From: Terriglobia bacterium
Lineage (GTDB): Bacteria > Acidobacteriota > Terriglobia > JAJPHL01 > JAPKYU01
Direction: 5' to 3'
Length of the DNA stretch: 64,000 bases
Assembly (NCBI GenBank): GCA_965223005.1
Contig: CBDCVK010000010.1
Coordinates: 489,322-553,321, forward strand
The translations under genes and the position numbers were made by a program. Shown here piece after piece: positions 22,675 through 31,229 of this stretch; the first letter of the stretch is position 1; each line of letters begins with the position of its first letter. The notes under the pieces were generated by a model. It had not been told where the DNA came from and made no database searches. It saw only the letters and a list, made by a program, of their open reading frames with translations.

Positions 22675-23196
22675 ATGTCGAACGCTGTAAAGGAGCACAA
22701 ACGGGCTGTCGCGCTTGTCATTCATGACAAGAGCCGGTATGACCAGGGCCAGTATGACAAGGACCGGCAGCACCTTCTGGTGGTTCGTAGGCCTCCGGAA
22801 GACGACCGACTGCCGAATGTCTGGGGCCTGCCGGCAGCAACGTTGCGGGTGGGGGAAAGCTATGAAGACGCCGCCGTGAGGGCCGGTCAAGAGAAGCTGG
22901 GAGTGAAGATTAGGATCGTCGGGGAAATCGCCGAAGGAACTGCGGACCGGGGCGACCACATTCTGCATATGAAGGAGTTCGAAGTCGAGATTGCAGAGGG
23001 GACGCCGAGTGTGCCCCAGTCAATCGCCCAACCAATTGGAGGCGTCACCCAGTACGTGGCCTGCAAATGGGGAGAGCCAAATGATCTCATCGAGGCAACT
23101 CGGAAGGGCTCGCTGTGCTGCCGGCTGTATCTGTCGAGCATCGGCCAATTTCGGGGAAACCAATCGCAAGCGGATTCCTCACTTGGCCTAGGATGA
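22675..23196 (+). CDS. NUDIX hydrolase
   Basis: Nudix-box-like GLPAATLRVGESYEDAAVRAGQEKLGV. Start refined to the internal ATG of the 22453 ORF. Confidence 0.65.
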   Translation: MSNAVKEHKRAVALVIHDKSRYDQGQYDKDRQHLLVVRRPPEDDRLPNVWGLPAATLRVGESYEDAAVRAGQEKLGVKIRIVGEIAEGTADRGDHILHMKEFEVEIAEGTPSVPQSIAQPIGGVTQYVACKWGEPNDLIEATRKGSLCCRLYLSSIGQFRGNQSQADSSLGLG

Positions 23197-23223
23197 TAGG
23201 AAAGGGGAGAGAACGTGGCGCTG

Positions 23224-23610
23224 CTAGCGCTGGCTGATCCGCATGGTTTTGTCCACGCTCAACTCGGGCATGCCAGTGGCCGGCCCGTGATAGCTGGCGG
23301 TGATGACGAAGTGGTTGCCGCTAATATCAATGGAGTAGGTGTAGCCCAGGCGCCCCTCGCGGTTCACGTTGATGTGGCCTTCCGAGCTCAGCTCTTCCAG
23401 GGTGGCGTACTTGCCGTTCAGCGCCATGTAGGAGCGCTCGGCGTTGGCCATGGACATCAAGTCGTTTTTCACCCCGGCCAGATCGGCTGCGGCCCGCGGG
23501 TTGTTGGTGCCCTGGGTGATCGAGCTCTTGCCGGTGAATTGTGCGCGGTAAATGAACATGCCGATGCCCAGAGTCACGAGCAGTCCTATCAAACCCATTA
23601 CGCCACGCAT
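23224..23610 (-). CDS. Hypothetical protein with an N-terminal TM anchor
   Basis: 128 aa with MRGVMGLIGLLVTLGIGMFIY. No recognised catalytic motif. Confidence 0.45.
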   Translation of the reverse strand: MRGVMGLIGLLVTLGIGMFIYRAQFTGKSSITQGTNNPRAAADLAGVKNDLMSMANAERSYMALNGKYATLEELSSEGHINVNREGRLGYTYSIDISGNHFVITASYHGPATGMPELSVDKTMRISQR

Positions 23611-23810
23611 GCTGATTTGCTACCTCCCTCCGTTGGGATAGCTCCCCTTGCGATAGCTTGATGGTAGGAGAACCGTTCGGGAGAGTCAACCGTGAGGCTT
23701 CGCGCCTGCCTATTCAAACGGGTGGTCCAGGCGCTCCAATAAAAGCACTTGACAGCTGCGGGCCAACACCTGAAACCTGACACCTGACAGTCGGCTGCTA
23801 CGGGGTAAAA

Positions 23811-25439
23811 GTGAAGATCCTGACTGCTGCACAAATGCGGGAAGTGGACCGCGTCACCATCCAGGAGCTGGGGGTGCCGGGCGTGCTGCTGATGGAGAAC
23901 GCCGGCATCAGCGTGGTCCGCGTGTTGGAAGAGCGCTTTCGCCCGTTGGCCCGGCATCGTATCGCCATCCTGTGCGGCAAAGGCAACAACGGCGGCGACG
24001 GCTTCGTGGTGGCACGGCAGCTGTGGATGCGCGGCCTGCGGCCCCGGGTGCTGCTGCTGGCCAATCCAGACAGCATTCGAGGCGACGCGCGCATCAACTA
24101 CGACATCATGCTCAAGACAGGCTGCCTGCCCGGTCTGGTGCGCGACCGGAACGACTGGCTGGCCGTGAAGGCTGACCTGCGCGGGTCCACTCTTCTGGTG
24201 GATGCGCTGCTGGGCACCGGCTTGTCGGGGCCGGTCGAAGGCTTTCTGGCTGACGTCCTGAGCGACCTGAACACCGGCTTTGCCGACGTTCCTCTGGTTG
24301 CGGTGGACATCCCATCCGGGCTGCCGAGCGACAGCGGCAGGCCCCTGGGAGAATCGCTCCGGGCCGACATCACCGTCACCTTTACGGCACCCAAAGTTGC
24401 CCAGATCTTTCCGCCCAACTGCGAGCGCATTGGGGAGCTGGTGGTCTGTCCCATCGGGACACCGCCCGAAGTCTACGAACGACGCGCTGAGGTGTGCCTG
24501 AATCTGATCACTCCAGCGGAACTGGCACCCTTTGCTGGCCCGCGGGCGCGCGCCGCGCATAAGGGTAACTTCGGTCACGTACTGGTGGTGTCCGGGGGGC
24601 GCGGCAAGACTGGCGCGGCAGCTATGACCGGGGAGTCGGCGCTGAAGATCGGCGCCGGTCTGGTCACTGTGGCGACGGCGGAAAGCGCGCTGTCGGTGGT
24701 GGCGGGCTTCGTGCCGGAGCTGATGACCGAGCCGCTGGCCGAAACCGAAGTGGGCAGCATCTCGGGGAGCGCCCTGGACTACGGGCGGTTCCAGCAGGTT
24801 CTGGAGAACAAGGACGTGCTCGCCATGGGCCCCGGTCTGTCCACTCATCCTGATACGCTGGGCTTTGTGCGCCGAGTGGTTCGCGACTTCGCCATCCCTG
24901 CCGTGCTCGATGCCGATGCCCTGAATGCCTTCGCCGGGGATCGGGAGCTGCTCCGGGACCGGAGCTCCCCGCTGGTGCTCACCCCGCATCCCGGTGAGAT
25001 GGCGCGCCTGATGGAAATTTCCACCGCTGAGGTCCAAGGCAATCGGGTGGAGGTGGCGCGCCGGCTGGCCACAGAGCTCGGTGTCTTCGTCGTCCTGAAA
25101 GGCTTTCGCACCCTGGTGGCTGCTCCCGAAGGTCAGGTTTACGTCAATCCCACCGGGAACCCGGGCATGGCCAGCGGAGGAACCGGCGATGTGCTGACCG
25201 GTTTCATCGCAGGACTGATGGCTCAGTATGCCCACGAGCCTTTGGCCGCCGTGCTGTGCGCCGCCGTCTACGTGCACGGCCTGGCGGGAGATCTGGCGCT
25301 GCCTAAGACCGGCGAGAAGGCATTGGTCGCCACCGATCTGATCCGTTCCCTGCCGCAGGTCTGGGAGGAGCTTGGTGCAGGCTCGCCCGCTTCCGGCATA
25401 GGCGATGCGATGCAGAACAGCGAGCCTCCGCGCTGCTAA
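23811..25439 (+). CDS. nnr: Bifunctional NAD(P)H-hydrate repair enzyme Nnr (YjeF N-terminal epimerase plus C-terminal dehydratase)
   Basis: 542 aa. ILCGKGNNGGDGFVVAR (YjeF-N) and GPGLS...GGTGDVLTG (carbohydrate-kinase-like C-domain). Confidence 0.85.
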   Translation: MKILTAAQMREVDRVTIQELGVPGVLLMENAGISVVRVLEERFRPLARHRIAILCGKGNNGGDGFVVARQLWMRGLRPRVLLLANPDSIRGDARINYDIMLKTGCLPGLVRDRNDWLAVKADLRGSTLLVDALLGTGLSGPVEGFLADVLSDLNTGFADVPLVAVDIPSGLPSDSGRPLGESLRADITVTFTAPKVAQIFPPNCERIGELVVCPIGTPPEVYERRAEVCLNLITPAELAPFAGPRARAAHKGNFGHVLVVSGGRGKTGAAAMTGESALKIGAGLVTVATAESALSVVAGFVPELMTEPLAETEVGSISGSALDYGRFQQVLENKDVLAMGPGLSTHPDTLGFVRRVVRDFAIPAVLDADALNAFAGDRELLRDRSSPLVLTPHPGEMARLMEISTAEVQGNRVEVARRLATELGVFVVLKGFRTLVAAPEGQVYVNPTGNPGMASGGTGDVLTGFIAGLMAQYAHEPLAAVLCAAVYVHGLAGDLALPKTGEKALVATDLIRSLPQVWEELGAGSPASGIGDAMQNSEPPRC

Positions 25440-25445
25440 GACACC

Positions 25446-25898
25446 GTGGGGGAGCAACGCAGGCGCGAGTACATTACCGAATCGCACGAACAGACGGTGG
25501 AACTGGGCCGGGAACTGGCCCAGCAGATGCGCCCGCCGCTGCTCACGCTTCTGGTGGGCAACCTGGGGAGTGGAAAAACCACCCTGGCCAAGGGCATCGT
25601 CAGCAGCTTGGGCAGCGCCCCGGAAGAGGATGTGACCAGCCCTTCATTCACGCTGATCCACGAATACGGGCGCGGAAGTTCAAGAGTGTTCCACGTGGAT
25701 CTGTACCGGCTGGAAAGCCCGCGCGAAATTGACACGCTCGGCCTGGAAGACCTGTTCGACGAGGCCGAGCCGGCCGTCGTGCTGGTGGAGTGGGGCGAAA
25801 AATTGCGTCAGCTGTTGCCGGGGCGGCGCTGGGAGATTCACCTGTCCGATCTGGGCGAGGACCGCCGTAAAATAGTGGTGGAGGAATGGAATGGTTGA
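25446..25898 (+). CDS. tsaE: tRNA threonylcarbamoyladenosine biosynthesis protein TsaE (P-loop ATPase)
   Basis: LVGNLGSGKTTLAKGIV Walker A. About 150 aa. Follows nnr, a common arrangement. Confidence 0.8.
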   Translation: MGEQRRREYITESHEQTVELGRELAQQMRPPLLTLLVGNLGSGKTTLAKGIVSSLGSAPEEDVTSPSFTLIHEYGRGSSRVFHVDLYRLESPREIDTLGLEDLFDEAEPAVVLVEWGEKLRQLLPGRRWEIHLSDLGEDRRKIVVEEWNG

Positions 25899-26694
25899 AA
25901 ACAACAAGCGGCTGTGGGCGCTGATCTTGGGCGCCTCCAGCGGCTTCGGCGAGGCCAATGCGCGCGAACTGGCGCGGCTGGGCTACAACATCCTAGGCGT
26001 GCACCTGGACCGTCGGGCCACACTCCCGCACGTGGAGGAGATCATTGCGGCCATCCGCGCCGAGGGCTCCGAGCCGGTTTTTTTCAATGTTAACGCCGCC
26101 GACGCCGAAAAGCGAAAGCAGGTGATCACGCAGATCCGGGCCCGGCTGGACGGCAGCCAAGGCCCGCCAGGGACCGTCCGGGTTCTGCTGCACTCGCTGG
26201 CGTTCGGCACGCTGAAGCCGTTCGTCAATATAGAAAACCCAGTAGTGCGGGACCAAATCGAGATGACCGTGGATGTGATGGCACATAGCCTGGTCTACTG
26301 GGTCCAGGACCTGCTGGCCTGCCACCTGCTAGAGCGCGGAGCCCGCGTTTTCGCCATGACCAGTTCCGGCGGCACGCGCGTGTTGCCCACCTACGGCCCG
26401 GTTTCGGCCGCCAAGGCGGCTCTGGAATCCCACATCCGGCAACTGGCCATGGAACTTGCCCCGCTGGGCATTACCGCCAACGCCATCCGCGCCGGTGTCA
26501 CCGACACCCCGGCTCTGCGAAAGATCCCGGGACACGAAAAGCTGATTGAGTTTGCGCGCCAGCGCAACCCGCACGGTCGCCTGACCACTCCACAGGACGT
26601 AGCGGCCGCCATTGGGATGCTTGCCCGACCGGAAACTTACTGGATCACGGGCAACGTCATCGGTGCGGATGGTGGCGAAGACGTTGTTGGCTAG
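25891..26694 (+). CDS. SDR-family oxidoreductase, enoyl-ACP-reductase-like (FabL/FabI type)
   Basis: ALILGASSGFGEANARELARLGYNILGV Rossmann N-terminus and a catalytic Y/K region (YGPVSAAKAALES). Confidence 0.65.
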   Translation: MVENNKRLWALILGASSGFGEANARELARLGYNILGVHLDRRATLPHVEEIIAAIRAEGSEPVFFNVNAADAEKRKQVITQIRARLDGSQGPPGTVRVLLHSLAFGTLKPFVNIENPVVRDQIEMTVDVMAHSLVYWVQDLLACHLLERGARVFAMTSSGGTRVLPTYGPVSAAKAALESHIRQLAMELAPLGITANAIRAGVTDTPALRKIPGHEKLIEFARQRNPHGRLTTPQDVAAAIGMLARPETYWITGNVIGADGGEDVVG

Positions 26695-26725
26695 CAAACA
26701 GCCGGTCGCGGCAAGCCGCGTGGAC

Positions 26726-26944
26726 TTAGTCGCCAAAGAGAACCTTCATCGTCACGTAGAATTGTAGCAAGAACAGGGCCAGCAGCAGCGCCGCGGCCCC
26801 GCGCCGGAGCAGGCGGTGGGTGAAAGACAGTTCGATCGGTTCTTCCGAGGCTGGCAGAGGGAGGTGCGCGTCACAGAATTCGGCCCCTTCTATAGGGGGC
26901 ATGGAGCAGTTTCTTCCTCGGGAATCAATGTGGAGGCAGCGCAT
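26726..26944 (-). CDS. Hypothetical small Cys/His-rich protein with a C-terminal TM helix
   Basis: 72 aa. C..C(x11)..FCDAH, then LLLALFLLQFYVTM. Uncertain. Confidence 0.3.
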   Translation of the reverse strand: MRCLHIDSRGRNCSMPPIEGAEFCDAHLPLPASEEPIELSFTHRLLRRGAAALLLALFLLQFYVTMKVLFGD

Positions 26945-27322
26945 CGTCTACAAACAGTTGCTCATTCAAAGTGTGCTTTAGTTTATCGCAACCCGCCTGC
27001 CGAGTGCGGAATGTGCCGCAACCAAGGTTGCGACAAACCAGGCTCGCAACAAAAATGCCCACCTTCCGGTGAGCATTTTGTGTCCCCTTTTCCTGGGGAC
27101 CATTAGGGAGAAAAGCCCCGACGAATGCGCAGCCGCCAAAACTTTTCAGGGCCAGTGTATTCCGCGGGTAGGGGGCTGTCAAGGGAAAACTCCTGCAAAT
27201 CGTAATCCAATAAGTCTTTTGGATTCAAAAGATTACAGGGAAAAGCCCTTTCTCCTCCGCTTGCCTTCCGAAACCGGCGACTCGGCCCGAGAAACCCTAT
27301 TTCGGAACTAAACAGTGTTTTT

Positions 27323-28516
27323 TCAATGGCTTATGTTGAGGCGAATGATCTCCGTCTCCTCCAACCGGTCGAAGAACCGCCCAGGGTAGCGCTGCTTCAG
27401 CAGCACCCGCAGAAAACCGAATCCCAATCCGGCAATGAGCGCGAACGCAAGCAGCGCTCCGATCAGCGCAATGATGTTTAAGATCAACTGCGCGAAATCG
27501 GATGCGGTCACTTCTTCCACCGGCTCGTTCCACACGACATCGGCGGTGTAGGAGATGCGGTTCAGAAGCTGATCGGCTTGGCTCTTTTCCGTGGCGCCGA
27601 GAACAAATCCCACCAGCGGGCCAACTCGACGAGCGTATAACTGCTGAGCGACCGAGTCGCTACCTCCGGCAGGTAAATCTTGCCAGGCTTTCATCTTGCT
27701 TGCCGCCAGTTGTGCTATGGGATAGCTGAGCAACAGCAAGGTCAACGGTGGCTTTCCCGGAAATTGGTAAAGGGCCAGGTTGGCTTCGGCGCCCATCTCG
27801 AAGTCCACCAGTTCCGACGGTATCTCGGGCGCTAAACGAGCAAGGGCCACTGGCCCCAGGATGTATTTGCGGCTCTCGGGGAGAACACCACGCTCGGGAA
27901 GATACAGTCGCAGGGTCGGCAGCGGACCTCCGCCCAAGGTCTCAAGTCCAGCAGCCAATTCGCGGAGCTCGGCGACGCTGAGCCGGGCGTTGGACGAGCG
28001 CCCCTGCAAAGACGCACGGACCAGCACTTCCTCCTTCCGCAGCAAGAAATCAGTTCTGCGCCAGGCAAGCTGCTCCGTGCCGGTTTCCCGGGTGGTCCAG
28101 TCTTGCCCGCGATATAAGGTGAACAGCCCATAGCTGCCCGAGGCGTTTTTCAGGCGTACGGCTTCCACGCTCAGGGTCTGGCTCTCTTTGGTGAACTGCC
28201 GCCGCTCAGCTCCAACGTACCCGTATTCCACCAGGATGGGCGCTTCGTCTCCAGCCAGCGTGGCCGCGCTGTAGCGCCCAAAGGTCTGTGCAGCCGTGCC
28301 CACCCATCCGGCGAAGGTGTCTGGGAGGATGGTGCCGCGCTTCGGGCCAGTCGTGGGAGTGGAACTCGCAGGCGGCCGGCTGGCCGTCTTCGCCGCGGCA
28401 GGCGGATCGGCGGGAAGCTCCTTCAGCGCCCGCCGGCCTTCTTCGGGTGAAACCAGCGTGACCTGGCCGAAGACTGTGCTGGAGAAAAGGAAAAGCAGGA
28501 CATGCCAGGACTTCAT
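27323..28516 (-). CDS. Hypothetical exported protein with an N-terminal signal peptide and a C-terminal TM anchor
   Basis: Start refined to MKSWHVLLFLFSSTVFGQ. Pro/Ala-rich linker. C-terminal LILNIIALIGALLAFALIAGLGFGF. Confidence 0.5.
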   Translation of the reverse strand: MKSWHVLLFLFSSTVFGQVTLVSPEEGRRALKELPADPPAAAKTASRPPASSTPTTGPKRGTILPDTFAGWVGTAAQTFGRYSAATLAGDEAPILVEYGYVGAERRQFTKESQTLSVEAVRLKNASGSYGLFTLYRGQDWTTRETGTEQLAWRRTDFLLRKEEVLVRASLQGRSSNARLSVAELRELAAGLETLGGGPLPTLRLYLPERGVLPESRKYILGPVALARLAPEIPSELVDFEMGAEANLALYQFPGKPPLTLLLLSYPIAQLAASKMKAWQDLPAGGSDSVAQQLYARRVGPLVGFVLGATEKSQADQLLNRISYTADVVWNEPVEEVTASDFAQLILNIIALIGALLAFALIAGLGFGFLRVLLKQRYPGRFFDRLEETEIIRLNISH

Positions 28517-28762
28517 GACGGCCTGAGCTTGATCATAGCGCACCTTGCTCACGCTCGGATAGCTTAAGTGGACTCCTCCGGAATTCAGGGCTAGCCGACC
28601 ATACTCCCGCGGTGGGTCGTCCCCGATCATCGCGCCGATGGCTGGTCACCTCGGGCGAACCCGCAAGGGCTCGCAGGCGGATGGGAAAGACTCTCGGCGC
28701 ACGGTTGCCCCCGCCCTCTGCGAATTTTGGCCATCAACGCTCTGTTTCCGTTGTATATCTAC

Positions 28763-28786
28763 TTGTCTATCTGGTTGTCTATCTGG
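28763..28786 (+). promoter_or_regulatory. Perfect tandem 12-mer TTGTCTATCTGG x2 immediately upstream of the nox-like start codon
   Basis: Read directly from the sequence. AT-richer patch 9 nt before ATG 28795. Confidence 0.3.
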
Positions 28787-28794
28787 CGGTTCGC

Positions 28795-30162
28795 ATGCTG
28801 GCTAACCGGTTGTTGGTAGTTGGAGGACAAGCTGCAGGACTGAGTGCGGCCAGCCGGGCGCGCCGGCTGGACTCGCGGCTGCATATCACCGTCTTGGAAC
28901 AAGGGCACCATATCTCCTACAGCGCCTGTGGCTTGGCCTATTTACTCAGCGGGCAGGTGCCGCGAGCCGAGGATCTGCTGGTGTACTCGGCCGAATTTTT
29001 TCGGGAGCAGCGCAACATCGAGGTGCTGGTTGGCATGCGGGTGGTTGAGATCGAGCCGGGACGGCGGAGGGTACGCGCCCTGGCCGTCGAGACCGGGCAA
29101 GAACACCTGTTCCCTTACGACCGGTTGGTTCTGGCCACGGGCACCCGGCCAGACTGGCCCGCCATCCCCGGCATGGATTCACCCGGCGTCTTCCAAGGGA
29201 ACAACCTGGCAGGGACGCTGGCCTTACAGGCCTTCCTGGAAACCGGCCAGCGGCCTCGTCGGGCCGTCGTCCTGGGCGGTGGCTATATTGGGCTGGAGTA
29301 CGCCGAGGCGTTGCGCCAGCGAGGTCTGCACGTTGTGGTGCTCCACTGCGGCAGCGAGCTATTGGAGGGATTCGATCCGGAAATCAACGAGCTGGTGGAA
29401 CAGAGGCTACTGCAACACGGCGTGGAAGTGTTTAAGGGCACTCCGGCTACCGCGATCCTGGGGCAGGGGCGCGTGCAGCGGGTGCTCTCTGCCGCCGGGC
29501 GGCACGAGGCGGACCTGGCGTTAGTGGCCACCGGCGTTGTGCCACGCTCCGAGGTGGCCATAGCCGCCGGCCTATCCACCGGGGTGAGGGGTGCAATCGT
29601 CGTGGATGAGCGGATGCAAACCAGCCTGCCCGGCGTCTATGCCGCCGGCGATTGTGCTCATACGATTCACCTGGTAACCGGGCGTCCTGTCTACATCCCG
29701 CTGGGCACGACCGCAAACAAACAGGGCCGCGTCGCGGGCGAGAATGCCGCCGGTGGCAACGCGCGCTTTGCAGGCATCGTAGGCACCACTGTCACCCGGG
29801 TGTTCGAATTGGAGTGCGGCCGCACTGGTTTGTCGGAATCCGAAGCGCGCGCCGGAGGCTTCCGCGTGGTCACCGCGGTCATCGAGCACGGGAGCCGCGC
29901 TCACTACTTTGGAGCCAAGCAGATGCGGGTGAAGCTGCTGGCCGACCGCGCCAATGGACGCCTCCTAGGGGGGCAGCTGCTGGGCGAGGAAGGGGTGGCC
30001 AAGCGGGTCGACGTGGTGGCCACGGCCCTGCATGCGCGTATGAATATTGAGCAACTGGCTGGCCTGGACTTGAGTTATGCGCCGCCTTTCGCCCCGGTTT
30101 GGGACCCGCTCCTGACTGCCGCAAATGCTCTGGGCCGGAAACTTCGTGACGGACGTGGCTGA
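28795..30162 (+). CDS. FAD-dependent pyridine nucleotide-disulfide oxidoreductase (NADH oxidase / CoA-disulfide reductase family)
   Basis: GGQAAGLSAA FAD motif, single redox Cys in ISYSACGLAY (CoADR/Nox Cys42-type), GGGYIGLE NAD motif. Confidence 0.8.
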   Translation: MLANRLLVVGGQAAGLSAASRARRLDSRLHITVLEQGHHISYSACGLAYLLSGQVPRAEDLLVYSAEFFREQRNIEVLVGMRVVEIEPGRRRVRALAVETGQEHLFPYDRLVLATGTRPDWPAIPGMDSPGVFQGNNLAGTLALQAFLETGQRPRRAVVLGGGYIGLEYAEALRQRGLHVVVLHCGSELLEGFDPEINELVEQRLLQHGVEVFKGTPATAILGQGRVQRVLSAAGRHEADLALVATGVVPRSEVAIAAGLSTGVRGAIVVDERMQTSLPGVYAAGDCAHTIHLVTGRPVYIPLGTTANKQGRVAGENAAGGNARFAGIVGTTVTRVFELECGRTGLSESEARAGGFRVVTAVIEHGSRAHYFGAKQMRVKLLADRANGRLLGGQLLGEEGVAKRVDVVATALHARMNIEQLAGLDLSYAPPFAPVWDPLLTAANALGRKLRDGRG

Positions 30163-30267
30163 CAGTGGCCTGCGTGGCTGGCAGTGGCCAGCTAGGATAA
30201 GCGCCGGCGCAAGTTGACACTTCATGTTCGGCAGGTTATATCCACACTGATAGGGAGGAAGCGGCGT

Positions 30268-30768
30268 ATGAGTGCTTTGGAGGCAGAGTCGCGGGCGGCG
30301 GACTTTCTTCTGCCGGGCCTGGACAACAAGACATATTCGTTGGCGGAATCGTTGAAAGAGGGGCCGGTGCTGGCCGCTTTCTTCAAGTCAAGCTGTCCGG
30401 TCTGCCAACTCACCTTTCCATTCCTGGAACGGTTTCAGCACCATTTCCGCGAAACCAAGGCGCACATCTGGGCTGTCAGCCAGGATGAGCCGGAGGAGGC
30501 GCTAACGTTCGCCACCGAATACGGGCTCAGCATGCCGGTGCTCCTGGAGAATGTAGAACACAACTATCCGGTATCAAATGCCTACGGCCTGACTCACGTC
30601 CCTACAGTCTTCCTGATCGGTCAGGCCGGTGACATCCTGCAGACCTCGGTCGGTTTCGTACGCAAAGAGCTGGTCCAGATGGGCCGTAGGCTGGAGATGC
30701 TCACCGGCAGAAAGGGTTTCGTGCCTTTCGGGGAACAGGACGAGGTCCCGGAATGGCAGTCCGGTTGA
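30268..30768 (+). CDS. Thioredoxin-like / redoxin-family thiol-disulfide oxidoreductase (CPVC active site)
   Basis: FKSSCPVCQLTFPF. Start taken at the internal Met MSALEAE of the 30214 ORF. Confidence 0.6.
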   Translation: MSALEAESRAADFLLPGLDNKTYSLAESLKEGPVLAAFFKSSCPVCQLTFPFLERFQHHFRETKAHIWAVSQDEPEEALTFATEYGLSMPVLLENVEHNYPVSNAYGLTHVPTVFLIGQAGDILQTSVGFVRKELVQMGRRLEMLTGRKGFVPFGEQDEVPEWQSG

Positions 30769-30782
30769 AGCTCCAAGAACTA

Positions 30783-30803
30783 GCCCCCGTCGGGGGTTCT
30801 AAT
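30783..30803 (+). terminator. GC hairpin (CCCCC gtc GGGGG) followed by a T-rich stretch, 15 nt after the redoxin stop
   Basis: agCCCCCgtcGGGGGttctaatcc. Confidence 0.35.
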
Positions 30804-31090
30804 CCCGGTCGACTTCCCGCAGCAGGTTTTTCTTGTGCTTGGGGGTCTTTCGTTTCCGCGTATCCGGAATGGGGCGGGAGGGAGGAGGCGTGCCCAGGCG
30901 CTCGCGCGCGATCGCCCGAACCTCTTTGCCAGAGCTGAACCGGCGGCGGCGCCTACCAGAACGAACCATCGGGTGATCCCAACCTGAACCAAGCGGTACG
31001 ACAACTGTTTGCCCTTACCTGATCTTCGCGAGCCCTCGCCGAGGCTTACTCAATCGGCAATCAGCCTATCGGCAATGACTCAATCAGAGA

Positions 31091-31185
31091 TGGCGGAAGG
31101 TTATGGGAATCGAACCCATCGCTGCTCGTGAGAAACAGCCACCGGCTTTGAAGGCCGGGCGAGTCACCAGACCCGATTACCTTCC
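31091..31185 (-). tRNA. selC: Selenocysteine tRNA (tRNA-Sec), anticodon UCA
   Basis: 95-nt minus-strand tRNA GGAAGGTAATCGGGTCTGGTGACTCGCCCGGCCTTCAAAGCCGGTGGCTGTTTCTCACGAGCAGCGATGGGTTCGATTCCCATAACCTTCCGCCA. It has an 8-bp acceptor stem, a 6-bp D-stem with 4-nt loop (CGGGTC/TGGT/GACTCG), a CUUCAAA anticodon loop, a long variable arm, a 5-bp T-stem with TTCGATT loop, G discriminator and encoded CCA. This is the bacterial tRNA-Sec 8/5 architecture, strongly similar to E. coli selC. Confidence 0.85.
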
Positions 31186-31229
31186 AGGCCCAGTATAGCT
31201 CGATATTCGAAGGCGGCAGGCGGCGGCCG

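Noticed and set aside
23598-25487. 629-aa minus-strand ORF
   Set aside because: Antisense to nnr (clear YjeF-N/YjeF-C motifs on the plus strand).
30780-31004. 74-aa minus-strand ORF next to selC
   Set aside because: It runs from the redoxin terminator hairpin towards the selC 3' flank, which lies between two convergent genes. No motifs; likely spurious.
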